DNA of 64,000 bases from contig JBBILD010000018.1 of assembly GCA_037445065.1 (NCBI GenBank), positions 1 to 64,000 on the forward strand, given 5' to 3'. A program made the translations under genes and the position numbers. This DNA comes from Myxococcales bacterium. GTDB lineage: Bacteria > Desulfobacterota > Binatia > HRBIN30. Each line of letters begins with the position of its first letter. Position 1 is the first letter of the stretch. Shown piece by piece: positions 14,338 through 24,416 of this stretch. Under the pieces are notes generated by a model. The model was not told where the DNA came from. It saw nothing but the letters and a program-made list of their open reading frames with translations, and made no database searches.

Positions 14338-15202
14338 GCGGCTCCCTCTCCTGCTGGCGAATGCGCAGCAATTCGTTGATGGTCAGATCCAGGTTCTCGT
14401 CGCGCAAAAGCGGGGCAGCCACCCGCTGTCGCCTCGGCTCCTTGAGGCACAGATCGGCCACGATCAAGTCTTCCTCGTAATACCGGCCTTTGGCCAGGCG
14501 CTGGCCGTCCGGCGCCACGATTTCCGACCCGCCCCAGAATCCCACACCATCTTCGAAGCCCACGCGATTTGCGTAGACCACGTACAGCCCGAAGGTTTGC
14601 GCGTACATCGCGTTGAGCAGCTCCCAGTAGGCTGCATTGTCGTCGCGCTCGCAGCCGTCGTGAATGCCACGCAAGGGGCTGCTCGATGGGCAAATCACCG
14701 CCAGCGCTCCATCGAGCGCCGCGATGTACACGGTGGAAGGGTGCCAGAGGTCCTCGCAAATGAGCACCGCTGTTCGTCCCAACCCGGAAGAGAAGCAGCG
14801 GATGCGATCGCCGCGCGCCAGGTAGCGTGCTTCATCGAACAAGCCGTAAGTGGGCAGGTAGACTTTGCGGTGTACGTGCCGCAACTCGCCGTCGCGAAAG
14901 TACAGGGACGAATTGAAGAAGCGGAAGTCCTCGCTTTCTTCCACCAGTCCGACCACCAACTCCACGCCGCGGCTCAGTTCGCCCAACCGCTGCATCTCCG
15001 GGGCATCGCGCCGCAGTGCCACCGTGGAGACCATGTCCTTGAGAAAGTATCCCGTAAGCGACAGCTCCGGAAACACGATGAGATCTGCACCGCGGGCACG
15101 CGCCTCGCCGATCCACTGCTCGTGCAAGGCGAGGTTGGTTTGTAAGTCCCCGAGGCGGGGAGCCAATTGCACGATGGCGATGCGCCGGAACAGATCGCCC
15201 AT
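14330..15202 (-). CDS. Nitrilase-family C-N hydrolase, probable glutaminase subunit of NAD synthetase
   Basis: [26 protein letters not shown] and ICEDLW (E-K-C triad); overlaps the nadE start by 8 nt. Confidence 0.9.
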   Translation of the reverse strand: MGDLFRRIAIVQLAPRLGDLQTNLALHEQWIGEARARGADLIVFPELSLTGYFLKDMVSTVALRRDAPEMQRLGELSRGVELVVGLVEESEDFRFFNSSLYFRDGELRHVHRKVYLPTYGLFDEARYLARGDRIRCFSSGLGRTAVLICEDLWHPSTVYIAALDGALAVICPSSSPLRGIHDGCERDDNAAYWELLNAMYAQTFGLYVVYANRVGFEDGVGFWGGSEIVAPDGQRLAKGRYYEEDLIVADLCLKEPRRQRVAAPLLRDENLDLTINELLRIRQQEREPHE

Positions 15203-15279
15203 GCCAACCTATCTGGCACGGCGCGGGAAAAACACAAGCGCCGCCGGTGCTCCGGGCTTCGCCCTCCGGCAAAACTGGC

Positions 15280-16056
15280 TCAAATCGCTGCCGCAACCGC
15301 AGCAGGCCGTTCCAGGATCACCATGTGGCCCGCTTCCGGTACCACCACGAGCGAGGCTCCTGGAATCCGTTCGGCGTAGCGGCGGCCGTAAGCGAGCGGA
15401 AAGAAACGGTCTGCCTCCCCCCACACCACGGTGGTCTTGGCGCGGATACGGCTCAAGCGAGGTTCGAGCTTGGGGTCGTGGAAATACGGGTTCCACGCCA
15501 CCCGCGCCAACGCCTCCATGGCGCGGAACTGCCGCAGGATCACCTCTTCCGGGAGCTGCGAGATATCCGTCACCGCGTGCATGATTGCCGCCAGGGGGTG
15601 CGTTTGGTCTGCAAACAGCAGCTCCGCTAAGTGCGGAGGGTCGTTGCCAAACAATTCAGCAGGTGGGTTCTCGTCGAGCCAAAGCCCGGCCGCCGCAACC
15701 AGGCAGAGCCGGTGTGCGATGCGCGGGTAGCGGACGGCGACTTCCGCAGCGAGCCAGCCTCCCAGCGACGCGCCGACAAGAACGATGCCTTCTCCGCTCA
15801 GGCCAGTTGCGTCGAGCCAATCGAGGGTGTGGAACACCAGATCCTCGATAGACTCCATACGCTCGCCTCCCGTAGACGCACCGAAGCCTGGCAACAGAGG
15901 CTGATGGACCGTGAAGCGCTCTGCCCAGAGGTCGAGGGCGGCGTGCCACTCACTGTCTGCCAGCCCACCGTGCAAGTACACCAGGGGAGGCCCTTGCCCC
16001 CGCACGCGGTACTCTACCGTTTCGCTTCCAACTCGAACCGTCTGTGCGACGCTCAT
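15280..16056 (-). CDS. Alpha/beta fold hydrolase
   Basis: YLHGG, GASLGG nucleophile elbow, WGEAD, EAGH. Start set to MSVAQ. Confidence 0.9.
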   Translation of the reverse strand: MSVAQTVRVGSETVEYRVRGQGPPLVYLHGGLADSEWHAALDLWAERFTVHQPLLPGFGASTGGERMESIEDLVFHTLDWLDATGLSGEGIVLVGASLGGWLAAEVAVRYPRIAHRLCLVAAAGLWLDENPPAELFGNDPPHLAELLFADQTHPLAAIMHAVTDISQLPEEVILRQFRAMEALARVAWNPYFHDPKLEPRLSRIRAKTTVVWGEADRFFPLAYGRRYAERIPGASLVVVPEAGHMVILERPAAVAAAI

Positions 16057-16072
16057 GCGCGCCCTTCCTCCG

Positions 16073-17224
16073 TCAGGCAGCGTTGCTGGCACGTGCCCGC
16101 TCCCACGCGCGCAGGCGCGGCATCACCTCGCCCGCGAACAGTTCCATGTTCCGGCGCGTGAGTTCGGCGGGCAGCGTACCGATTTGCAGCAGCGTGAGGA
16201 TGTTGCCGACGCCGAGCGACTCGATCATTTCGCTCATTTGCTCGAATACGGTCTCCGGGCTGCCCACAATGGCGTAACGCCCTTCCACAACTTGCTGCCA
16301 ATTTTCCACGAAAAGGAGGAAGTCGTTCCGGGCGGTGACCAGTTTTACGGCCGAGCGCGCAGTGGTGTAGCCTGGCGGGCTGGTCTCGATGCCTGGAAGC
16401 AGCCGCTTGGCAAAGTACCAAAAGTGCGGCTCGAACTCGCGCCGTGCCTGGGCGTCGGACTCGCTCACATAGATCGGGCAAAGCCAGCCCATCTGCGCGG
16501 GCTTGGCCGTGTAGCCTTCCCGCTCGCACGCTTCGCGGAAGAAATCGAAATTGCGCTGGAAGACGCGCCGGTGGAAGTAAGGAATGCCCATGTAGGCGTA
16601 TCGGCGGCGGGCCACGAACTCCATCGTCTCTAGACTTCCCGCTCCCGGGATCCAAATCGGCGGATGGGGTTTCTGCAGCGGGCGCGGCCACGGGTTCACG
16701 TAGCGGAGTTTGTAGTGTTTGCCGTTGAACACAAAGGGCCCCGGGCGAGTCCACGCCTGGACAATCAGGTCGTGCGCTTCGTAAAAGCGCTCGCGCGCCT
16801 CGGCCGGGTTGATCCCGTTCGAGTAGTACTCCGGACCACCGCCGACCACCATACCAGCGATCAAGCGGCCCCCCGAAATGACGTCAATCATGGCGAACTC
16901 TTCCGCCACGCGCAGCGGCGGGTTGTACAGCGGCAGAGCGTTCCCGACGATGGCGATTTTGCAAGAACGAGTCTGGCGTGCCAGGATCGCGCCGATCAGG
17001 TTGGGCGAGGGCATGTTGCCGTAGGCGTTGGCGTGGTGCTCGTTGACGCAGACGCCGTCAAAGCCGAGCTTCTCGGCGTACACCAACTCGTCAATGTACC
17101 GGTTGTACACGGCGACCCCCCGCTCGGGATCGTACAATTCATTCGGGCAGCGGATCCACGCAGGGCCCTGGTAGCTCTCCGGCAAGTGCGGCCACGGCAT
17201 CAAATGAAAAAAATAAAACTCCAT
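16073..17224 (-). CDS. Luciferase-like (LLM) flavin-dependent monooxygenase
   Basis: AEKLGFDGVCVNEHH, PLRVAEEFAMIDVISGGRL, PRPLQKPHPPIW, IVGSPETV. Confidence 0.93.
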   Translation of the reverse strand: MEFYFFHLMPWPHLPESYQGPAWIRCPNELYDPERGVAVYNRYIDELVYAEKLGFDGVCVNEHHANAYGNMPSPNLIGAILARQTRSCKIAIVGNALPLYNPPLRVAEEFAMIDVISGGRLIAGMVVGGGPEYYSNGINPAEARERFYEAHDLIVQAWTRPGPFVFNGKHYKLRYVNPWPRPLQKPHPPIWIPGAGSLETMEFVARRRYAYMGIPYFHRRVFQRNFDFFREACEREGYTAKPAQMGWLCPIYVSESDAQARREFEPHFWYFAKRLLPGIETSPPGYTTARSAVKLVTARNDFLLFVENWQQVVEGRYAIVGSPETVFEQMSEMIESLGVGNILTLLQIGTLPAELTRRNMELFAGEVMPRLRAWERARASNAA

Positions 17225-17267
17225 ACGGCCCTCCTTGGCTGGCCGCGGGGCCCCCGGGCCAGCCTCG

Positions 17268-18779
17268 TTACACGGTGAAGCGATTTTTACCTTGGCCTGC
17301 GCATACGGTTCCCCACAGGCCGATTGCTTCTTCCTTCTCCCACGCTCCTAAGAGATCCGGGTCGCCCTCCATGTTGGCCAAGAAGCGGCGACCGTCCTCC
17401 AAGCGCCCAATGACAATGGCATGCTTGGGTGCCCCGTCTCGCCCGTGCACGACCGTATACGTCTCCACGCACCCGCGCCCCTCGGGGTGTTGCACCACCT
17501 CCGGCCGGGGCATGGCATCGATGCGCTCTTGGTACGTCGCCGGATCCTCACGCAAAAAGGGGCGCGGTGGCCGCTCGGTGCTGTAGAGCCCGATACTGTG
17601 CTTGGTAACGTACCAACCCACTCCGCTGACCAACCCGCGTTTCCCCGGATGTTCGCGCAAAACACCGAGCATGGTGGCGATCGCGTGGGTGACGTAATTG
17701 TTGCCCGGCCCACCCGCGTACGGCAAACCTCCGGTAACGGTCAGTGGGCGGGGATCGTCGCGCGGGATGCCCAGGGCATCGCGGCCGAGTTGCACAGCGC
17801 AGGGGAAGCAACTGTACAGGTCAACAAAGTCTACGTCCTCGATGGACCACCCGGCCATGCGGAACGCCTGCTCGCCGGCAACACGGATCGCCGGCGAGCT
17901 GTAGTAATTGATGCGCTCGCTCACGTACCAGTGATCCTGTGTGTCGGCGCACCCCCATAAGTACACCCAGCGGCTCTCAGGAACGCCCAAGGCGCGCGCG
18001 TGAGCGGCGGAAGTGAGGAGCAAAGCAGCGCCCTGATCCACCTCGATAATCGCGTTCATGTACTTCGGGTACGGAAAGCAAACCATGCGGTTTTCCGCGC
18101 TAACCGTAGTGATCTCTTCGGCGGTCCGCTGCTGTGGGAACCAAGCGTAGGGATTGCAAGCCGCCACTTCCGTCATGCGCGCGCATAGGCGGCCGAGCTC
18201 TTGGCGGTGCTGTTCGATCGTCCAGCCGTAGTGATGGCGGAGGGCGTTTTCGAACAGCGGGTAGATGGCAATGGGCAAGACCAAGCCGTGCGCCGACTCG
18301 TGGTCGTTTCCGCCGGGGCGAAAACTGCCCATGGTGGTAGGCTCGGCAAAGCCTTCGACTGCGCCAGCTCGCCATTGCACCGGCACCCCCTTGCGTCCGG
18401 CCCGTTGCGTGGTGGCCAGCGCCTCGGCACCGGCGAGAATGGCTAGACTCACCTCGCCCGTGGCGATGCGGGAGGCGATTTCGTTGACCAGCCACTGAGG
18501 AGTGTTGCCACCCCAGGAAGAAAGCCAAAGCCGCTGCGGGTGAGCGCCGAGTTCTGCTGCCAGCGCCGCGGGTGGATTGGCGTACTGCCAACTGAGAATG
18601 TTCACGACCGCCACCAGGTCCGCCTTCGCCAAGGCAGAGCGGGGCAAGCGAGCGTCATCCGCGGCGCGCAGTGCCGCCTCGCGCATCAGTGCCAGCGGCT
18701 CGAGAGCCTCCTCCGGCTCAACGTCCCGCTGGGTGATCTGCCCACCCCCAATCAAAACGGGAATCCGTGCTTCGTCCAT
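17268..18779 (-). CDS. Thiolase-fold (acetyl-CoA acetyltransferase-like) protein with C-terminal OB-like extension
   Basis: PVLIGGGQ, GGNTPQ, VDQGAA, DLYSCFP, TVTGGLPYAGGPGNNY; C-terminal ETYTVVH..IGRLEDGRRFLA. Confidence 0.85.
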   Translation of the reverse strand: MDEARIPVLIGGGQITQRDVEPEEALEPLALMREAALRAADDARLPRSALAKADLVAVVNILSWQYANPPAALAAELGAHPQRLWLSSWGGNTPQWLVNEIASRIATGEVSLAILAGAEALATTQRAGRKGVPVQWRAGAVEGFAEPTTMGSFRPGGNDHESAHGLVLPIAIYPLFENALRHHYGWTIEQHRQELGRLCARMTEVAACNPYAWFPQQRTAEEITTVSAENRMVCFPYPKYMNAIIEVDQGAALLLTSAAHARALGVPESRWVYLWGCADTQDHWYVSERINYYSSPAIRVAGEQAFRMAGWSIEDVDFVDLYSCFPCAVQLGRDALGIPRDDPRPLTVTGGLPYAGGPGNNYVTHAIATMLGVLREHPGKRGLVSGVGWYVTKHSIGLYSTERPPRPFLREDPATYQERIDAMPRPEVVQHPEGRGCVETYTVVHGRDGAPKHAIVIGRLEDGRRFLANMEGDPDLLGAWEKEEAIGLWGTVCAGQGKNRFTV

Positions 18780-18806
18780 GGCCAGTGTTCCCGCTGCGAC
18801 TCTCCC

Positions 18807-19901
18807 TCAGGAATACACGATCACGCTGCGCGCGACCTCGCCCGACTCCATCGCCGCAAAGGCCTCGTTGACCTGGTCCAACGAGATACGGCGAGAAATC
18901 AACTGGTCCAGCTTGAGGCGCCCTTGCATGTACAGTTCGAGCAGCTTGGGCATATCGCGCCGCATGTGGGCGGAGCCATAGAGAGAACCGAGTACGGCTT
19001 TCTCTTCGAGCGGCACCGCCGATGCCGGCAGGCTGATCGTCTGGTCGAAGCCAGGCACACCGACCACCACTACTTTGCCGCCGCGCCGCACGGACAAGAA
19101 GGCTTGGCTGATCACCTCCGGGCTGCCGATGACCTCGAAGGCAAAATCAGCCCCGATGCCGCCGGTGAGGGAGCGGATCGCGTCCGGAACGTCCGGCGTT
19201 TGCCGGGCGTGGATCGTGTCGGTGGCACCGAACTCACGCGCCCAGTTGAGTTTCTTGTCCACCACGTCCACAGCGATGATGCGCGAAGCGCCGCACAACG
19301 CGGCTCCTTGGATCACGTTCAGCCCAACTCCACCGCAGCCGAAGACCGCAACCGTTTGCCCGGGGCGTACCTTGGCGGTGTTCATGGCGGCACCCACACC
19401 GGTCATCACCCCGCAGCCGACCAAGCAGGCCTTGTCCAAGGGCACTTCGCGCGGAATTTTGATGCAGGCGGAAGCCCGCACCACGGTGCGCTCCGCGAAC
19501 GAGGCGACTCCTGCCATGCGGGAGATCCCGATGCCGTCCTTCTCGAAAGCGAGTTCCTCACCCGCCATCATGGCTTTGATGGCATGATCGCACAGGTGTT
19601 CCTCGCCGCCGACGCAATACGTGCAGCCGCCGCAACTTTGCACCCAGGACAGCACCACGTGGTCTCCTGGTTCGAGACCCGTGACTTCGCGGCCCACTTC
19701 CTCGACAACGCCGGCACCCTCGTGGCCCAAAATCACTGGCGGCGGAAACGGAAGCTTGGCTTGCTGGACGGAGAGATCCGAGTGGCACACGCCACTGGCA
19801 GCCAGCTTCACCACCACCTCGTCGGGTCGCGGTGCGCGTACCTGCACCGTCTCCACCTTCAGAGGCTCGAAAAAGTTGTAAAGCACAGCACCACGCGTCA
19901 T
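18807..19901 (-). CDS. Zn-dependent alcohol dehydrogenase (class III-like)
   Basis: GVCHSD, GHEGAG, CGGCTYC..C structural Zn, GCGGVG. Start ATG 19901 after GGGAGGGAG. Confidence 0.94.
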   Translation of the reverse strand: MTRGAVLYNFFEPLKVETVQVRAPRPDEVVVKLAASGVCHSDLSVQQAKLPFPPPVILGHEGAGVVEEVGREVTGLEPGDHVVLSWVQSCGGCTYCVGGEEHLCDHAIKAMMAGEELAFEKDGIGISRMAGVASFAERTVVRASACIKIPREVPLDKACLVGCGVMTGVGAAMNTAKVRPGQTVAVFGCGGVGLNVIQGAALCGASRIIAVDVVDKKLNWAREFGATDTIHARQTPDVPDAIRSLTGGIGADFAFEVIGSPEVISQAFLSVRRGGKVVVVGVPGFDQTISLPASAVPLEEKAVLGSLYGSAHMRRDMPKLLELYMQGRLKLDQLISRRISLDQVNEAFAAMESGEVARSVIVYS

Positions 19902-19916
19902 GTCTCCCTCCCGACA

Positions 19917-19926
19917 CAAGAACTTG
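19917..19926. promoter_or_regulatory. Palindrome CAAG-AA-CTTG (KstR2-like core) upstream of the ADH operon
   Basis: Read directly; lies just 5' of the SD. Confidence 0.4.
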
Positions 19927-20213
19927 CACCGGGTTCCGTACGCCGCTGCCCAGCGAAGCGCAAGCTAGGGCCAGGCCGCAAACCATGGGCTCGGATGTCT
20001 CTGCTACGCTTGGCGGCGCAGGCGGCTTGCGAGGGCAACCAACCCTCTGCCCCCTCTGGCCTCGCAAAGGGTTCCGCAACTCCAACCGGCGCTACTTAGC
20101 CCATACCGTTGTCTCGTGGACCGCCGTGCAGCTCCGGCGGTTCCATTCCTCGGTCGCACGGACGCACCGGCGTTCGCCCAAACCTGCATCCGGCGACCTA
20201 GGGCAGCGAGGGT

Positions 20214-20936
20214 CTACGACAACTTGCCGCGAATCATGGCGGCAAGGATGTTTGCCGGTTTGCGCAGGTCGGTAAACAAGGTCGCTACCAGGTAGGTCAC
20301 CACGAACAGGCCGGCAAGAAACGCGCGCGGCCAGCGCTTTTCCCAGGCAAGCAGGCGGGTGACTAGGAGCTTTGCCCAAGCCGAACGCATGGTGAGCCAC
20401 GTGCAACCAATGCCCAACGCAGCGCCAGCCAGGATATCGGTGGCGTAATGTAGCCCGAGGTAAACCCGCGGCAGGCTAACGACCACGGCGGCGTGCGCCA
20501 GTGCCAGCCAACCCAGCCCCCGATCCAGACGCCAGAAGCCTGCTGCCAAAGCGAAGAACAGCGAAGCGTGATCGCTCGGAAACGCGCTCCACTGGTCCCA
20601 ACCGGGAGAGAGATTCGGCTCCATCCCCATGACGATTCGGGGGCGCGGGCGGCAGGGAAGGACCAGCGCCAAGAGCGAAGCACAAAACAGCGCCAGCGCG
20701 GCACCGAACAGCGTGCGAATCAGCATCTCGCGCCGCGCCGCACCTTCGTGTCGGTTGGATTTCTTTTGTCCCGTCTGTTTCTCTTCCTCAGCCCAGCACC
20801 ACCAAAACAGTGCCATCGCGGCGCCGCCCTTCACGAGTTCCCAAGAAGCAAGGAGATTCACCTAAGCATCGAACGCGATCCAGCGGTTGGCCGGGATGGT
20901 CACGATGCGGGCGATCCAGAAATCGAAGGGGTTCAT
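20214..20936 (-). pseudogene. PAP2-family membrane phosphatase interrupted by in-frame TAG
   Basis: RPRP, AFPSDHA and PRVYLGLHYATD motifs. The upstream in-frame segment MNPFDFWIARIVTIPANRWIAFDA (ATG 20936, GAGG SD) ends in TAG at 20862-20864, directly before the track's GTG. Confidence 0.75.
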
Positions 20937-20970
20937 GCCCACCTCGCGCTCGAACGGTGGGGCAGCCCGT

Positions 20971-21816
20971 TCATTCGCGGAATCGTGCCTGAGCCTGAGA
21001 GAGCACGACGTTGCCGCGCTGTGTCTCGCACTGCACGATGGCTTCCCCTCGGGCCGTACGCCACATTTTGGTCACGATCGTGTCGCCAAAATACACCTGA
21101 TCGGCGAAGCGCGCCTCGAAGTGGAGGAAGCGAGCCGGGTCACCCCCGCACAAGGCCTGGAGGATGGCACGGCCAGCGAAGCCGAACGTGCACAAGCCGT
21201 GCATGAAAGGGCGCTCGAATCCAGCCATGCGCGCGAATTCGGGATCAATGTGGATCGGGTTGCGGTCGCCGGACAAACGGTAGATCGCACCTTGCTCGGG
21301 GCGCGTCACGGCTTGCACCACCACGTCGGGAGCACGGTCGGGCGGCTGGTTTTTGTCCGCCCCGCTCGGCCCGCGCTCGCCTCCGAAGCCACCCGCGCCG
21401 CGAATGAAGAGCGTCGCCTTGGTGGTGCACAGAAGGCCATCGGCGTCTTCCACAATCCCTTCACAGCCGATCACCGCTGCCTTTCCTTTGTCCCACACTT
21501 CTGCCACCCGGCCCGTGATGGTCACCTCGGCCTCCGGTGGCAGCTCGCGGTGTAGCGTCACCGACTGCTCCCCGTGCAACAGCATTGCCAGGTTGATGTC
21601 CACTTCCGAGACCAACCCTCCCATAGAAAACATGCCCGGAATCACGGCATAGGTGGGAAGAACCTTCGGACCTCGCCCCTCGTACACGAAGTCCAGTTCC
21701 CCTTCCGGCTGCGCGCCCACACCTACGGCGTAGAGCATCACGTCCTTGGAGTCCCACCGAAAGCGTACGGGAGGAAAGGTCAATCCTATTAAATCCGCAG
21801 AAATCGCTCGGCCCAT
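20971..21816 (-). CDS. MaoC/MFE-2-type (R)-specific enoyl-CoA hydratase (double hot-dog)
   Basis: YAVGVGA, LLHGEQ and the YRLSGDRNPIHIDPEFA..GF.RP.MHGLCT hydratase-2 motif. Confidence 0.92.
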   Translation of the reverse strand: MGRAISADLIGLTFPPVRFRWDSKDVMLYAVGVGAQPEGELDFVYEGRGPKVLPTYAVIPGMFSMGGLVSEVDINLAMLLHGEQSVTLHRELPPEAEVTITGRVAEVWDKGKAAVIGCEGIVEDADGLLCTTKATLFIRGAGGFGGERGPSGADKNQPPDRAPDVVVQAVTRPEQGAIYRLSGDRNPIHIDPEFARMAGFERPFMHGLCTFGFAGRAILQALCGGDPARFLHFEARFADQVYFGDTIVTKMWRTARGEAIVQCETQRGNVVLSQAQARFRE

Positions 21817-21823
21817 GCGTGCG

Positions 21824-21852
21824 CTTGTGCGCCACCGGAAGTTTCTTGTCAA
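21824..21852 (-). promoter_or_regulatory. sigma70-type promoter, leaderless geometry (hydratase)
   Basis: TTGACA-N17-CACAAG-N7-ATG with no SD. Confidence 0.55.
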
Positions 21853-21937
21853 TCACGAGGGCGGAGGCCTGCGCGCCCCAGGAGGGAGAGCAAACCGCCT
21901 GCTGCGCGCGAATCGCTAGCGCGCAATCGCCAGCACC

Positions 21938-23290
21938 CTAAAGCGGTGCGGCCTGGGTCTGCGATTCCGCGGCCTGCACCAAGCGCCCCCGCAAATCGTA
22001 TGTGGAGGCCCCCACAATGCGAACTGGCACGATGCTGCCCACCGGCGCTGCGCCGTCGAGGTACACGACCCCATCAATGTCGGGAGCCTGGGTGGCGGTG
22101 CGACCATACCAGCGACCTCGTGCGTCTTGGCCACAGACGAGCACCTCGAGGGTGCGCCCGACCTGCGCCCTCTGGTATTCAGCCGCGATCTCGGCTTGCA
22201 CCCGCATGAGGGCGCGCAGTCGCTCTCGCTTGATTCGTTCGGGCACTTGGCCCGGCAGCTCGGCGGCTTCCGTCCCTTCCTCACGGGAGTACTTGAACGC
22301 GCCCAACCGTTCGAAGCGCTGCTCGCGCACGAAGTCCAGGAGAGCGGCAAAATCTTGCTCGCTCTCACCCGGGAAGCCGACGATCATCGCTGTGCGGATG
22401 GCTACCCCAGGCACGATCTGGCGAATGCGTGCCAGCAAGCGGCGCAAGCTTTCGGGGTCGCGGTCACGGCGCATGAGGCGCAGGATGCGGGCACTCGCGT
22501 GCTGCAAAGGGATGTCAATGTACGGGCAGATCTTCTCCTCGCTCGCGATGGTTTCGAGCAGGCGGTCGGTCACATGGCGCGGGTAATTGTAGAGCAAGCG
22601 AATCCAGCGGAGGCCATCAATCCGAGCCAGCGCTTGCAACAACCCCACCAGATCGGTGCCATCACGACGATTGCGCCCGTAGGCGGTAAGGTCCTGCGCG
22701 ACCAAGTTTACCTCCACCACACCCTCGGCCACTAGCGACTCGACTTCCCGCACCACCGATTCGATCGAGCGGCTTTCGTGCCGGCCGCGGATTTTCGGAA
22801 TGATGCAGAAGCTGCAGGTGTGATCGCAGCCCTCGCTCACCTTCACGTAAGCTGAGAAGAATTCGCCGGTGCGCACGCGAGGCAAATGGACATCGGGCAG
22901 GACGTGCGCGGCGCCCCGGTATCCATGCACGGTTTCCCGCGTGGGCTCCGCCATTAGTTCCGGAAAGCGGTGGAAATCGCCGGTTCCGAGAAACGCATCC
23001 ACCTCCGGCAGAGCCTCGGCCAACTGCTCACCGTATCGCTGAACTAGGCAGCCAGTCACCAAGAGTTTCCGCCCCGGCACTTCGGCTTTCAGCCGGGCCA
23101 AGTCGAGAATTGCGTCAATGGATTCCTTCTTTGCCGGAGCAATGAAACCGCACGTGTTCACCACCAGGATGTCCGCTTCGTCCGGATCGCTCACGATGGT
23201 GGCTCCGGCTCGGCGCGCCAGGCCGAGCATGATTTCGCTGTCCACCAGGTTCTTGGGACAACCGAGGCTTTGCAGGTACACTTTCGCCAT
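21938..23290 (-). CDS. rimO: Ribosomal protein S12 methylthiotransferase
   Basis: SLGCPKNLVDSE, NTCGFI..AKKES, radical SAM CDHTCSFC, AQDLTAYG, TRAM domain with APDIDG. Confidence 0.96.
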   Translation of the reverse strand: MAKVYLQSLGCPKNLVDSEIMLGLARRAGATIVSDPDEADILVVNTCGFIAPAKKESIDAILDLARLKAEVPGRKLLVTGCLVQRYGEQLAEALPEVDAFLGTGDFHRFPELMAEPTRETVHGYRGAAHVLPDVHLPRVRTGEFFSAYVKVSEGCDHTCSFCIIPKIRGRHESRSIESVVREVESLVAEGVVEVNLVAQDLTAYGRNRRDGTDLVGLLQALARIDGLRWIRLLYNYPRHVTDRLLETIASEEKICPYIDIPLQHASARILRLMRRDRDPESLRRLLARIRQIVPGVAIRTAMIVGFPGESEQDFAALLDFVREQRFERLGAFKYSREEGTEAAELPGQVPERIKRERLRALMRVQAEIAAEYQRAQVGRTLEVLVCGQDARGRWYGRTATQAPDIDGVVYLDGAAPVGSIVPVRIVGASTYDLRGRLVQAAESQTQAAPL

Positions 23291-23434
23291 GCGCAAAGCC
23301 GCATCTATAAGGAAGCCTTGCCCTGCCGGCAACCAGAAGATTGCAAGCCGTGCGTGGCTCGGATAGCAAAGACGCCTCGCGCCTCGGTCGAGCCGAGTGA
23401 GCCGTCCGAGCCGAAATGAGCAAGGTAGGTGGTC

Positions 23435-24409
23435 ATGGCAAAAGGCGCAAACGCGGTGGTCATCGGGCTAGGAGCGGTGGCCTGTTTTGCAGCGCTGCTT
23501 CCCCAGCGCCTCGCCGGCGAGGAGCGCAACCCGGCTGCGCAGCCGGCTGCACTCGTGAACGGTAAGCCGATCCCCGTTGCACAGGTGCAGGAGTTGGCCG
23601 AAGAGATCGCCAAGTCGGCGGGTACGACGGTCGAGCAAGTGTGGAAGGACGCCCTCGAGCAGCTCATTTCTGCCGAGCTGCTCGTTCAAGAAGCAAAGGC
23701 GACGGGCACCTCTGTCACGGAAGCGGAGGTGGAACAAGAGATCCGCGATCTTGCCGCGCTCGGCTCGGGCCATCCGCTCGCCGAGTGGCTCCGCACAACG
23801 CCCGCGGCGCGGGTTCGCGATGAGATCCGCCGCAGCTTACTCGTCGAGAAACTCCTTACACAAAGCATTCGAGTGAACATCGAGCGCAAACAGGTCGAGG
23901 AATACTACGAGCAACACAAAGAACGATTCCAGCGCCCTCCCATGGTGCGGGCCAGCCACATCCTGATCAAGATCCAGGGCGACAACCGAGCAGCCGCGGA
24001 ACAACGGGCGAAGGAGCTGCTCGCCCGGGTCAAGGGCGGGGAGGATTTCGCGTCGCTGGCGCGGCAGTTTTCCGAAGATCCCTTGACCAAGGAAAAAGGG
24101 GGGGACTTAGGATTCTTTCCCCAACACCCAACCCCCCTCGCTCAGGCGGCCTTCCACCTCCAGGACGGTGAGGTGAGCGAGATCATCGAAAGCCCGTATG
24201 GCCTGCACATTCTCAAGGTGACCGGGAGGCGCCCGGCCGGAATCGCACCGCTCGAGGAAGTGTTCGACGAGATTCGCGAAATGCTCGAAGAGGACGCGCG
24301 TGAGGACCGCGAAGAGCAGCTCATCGAGGCGCTACGCGCGAAAGCGAAGATCCAGTTGCTGCGCGAGAACCCCCCGGGAGCACCGGAGCAACCGCCGCTA
24401 AAGCGCTAA
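23435..24409 (+). CDS. PpiC/parvulin-type peptidylprolyl isomerase (PrsA/SurA-like)
   Basis: Signal peptide, SurA-N-like helices, RASHILI, FASLARQFSED..KGGDLGF, ESPYGLHILKV. Confidence 0.92.
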   Translation: MAKGANAVVIGLGAVACFAALLPQRLAGEERNPAAQPAALVNGKPIPVAQVQELAEEIAKSAGTTVEQVWKDALEQLISAELLVQEAKATGTSVTEAEVEQEIRDLAALGSGHPLAEWLRTTPAARVRDEIRRSLLVEKLLTQSIRVNIERKQVEEYYEQHKERFQRPPMVRASHILIKIQGDNRAAAEQRAKELLARVKGGEDFASLARQFSEDPLTKEKGGDLGFFPQHPTPLAQAAFHLQDGEVSEIIESPYGLHILKVTGRRPAGIAPLEEVFDEIREMLEEDAREDREEQLIEALRAKAKIQLLRENPPGAPEQPPLKR

Positions 24410-24416
24410 CGCGCGA

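Noticed and set aside
8433..20864. Genome-wide TAG recoding or pyrrolysine, suggested by two in-frame ambers
   Set aside because: TAG terminates intact genes normally here (e.g. nadE, mreB), and copy A has an additional frameshift.
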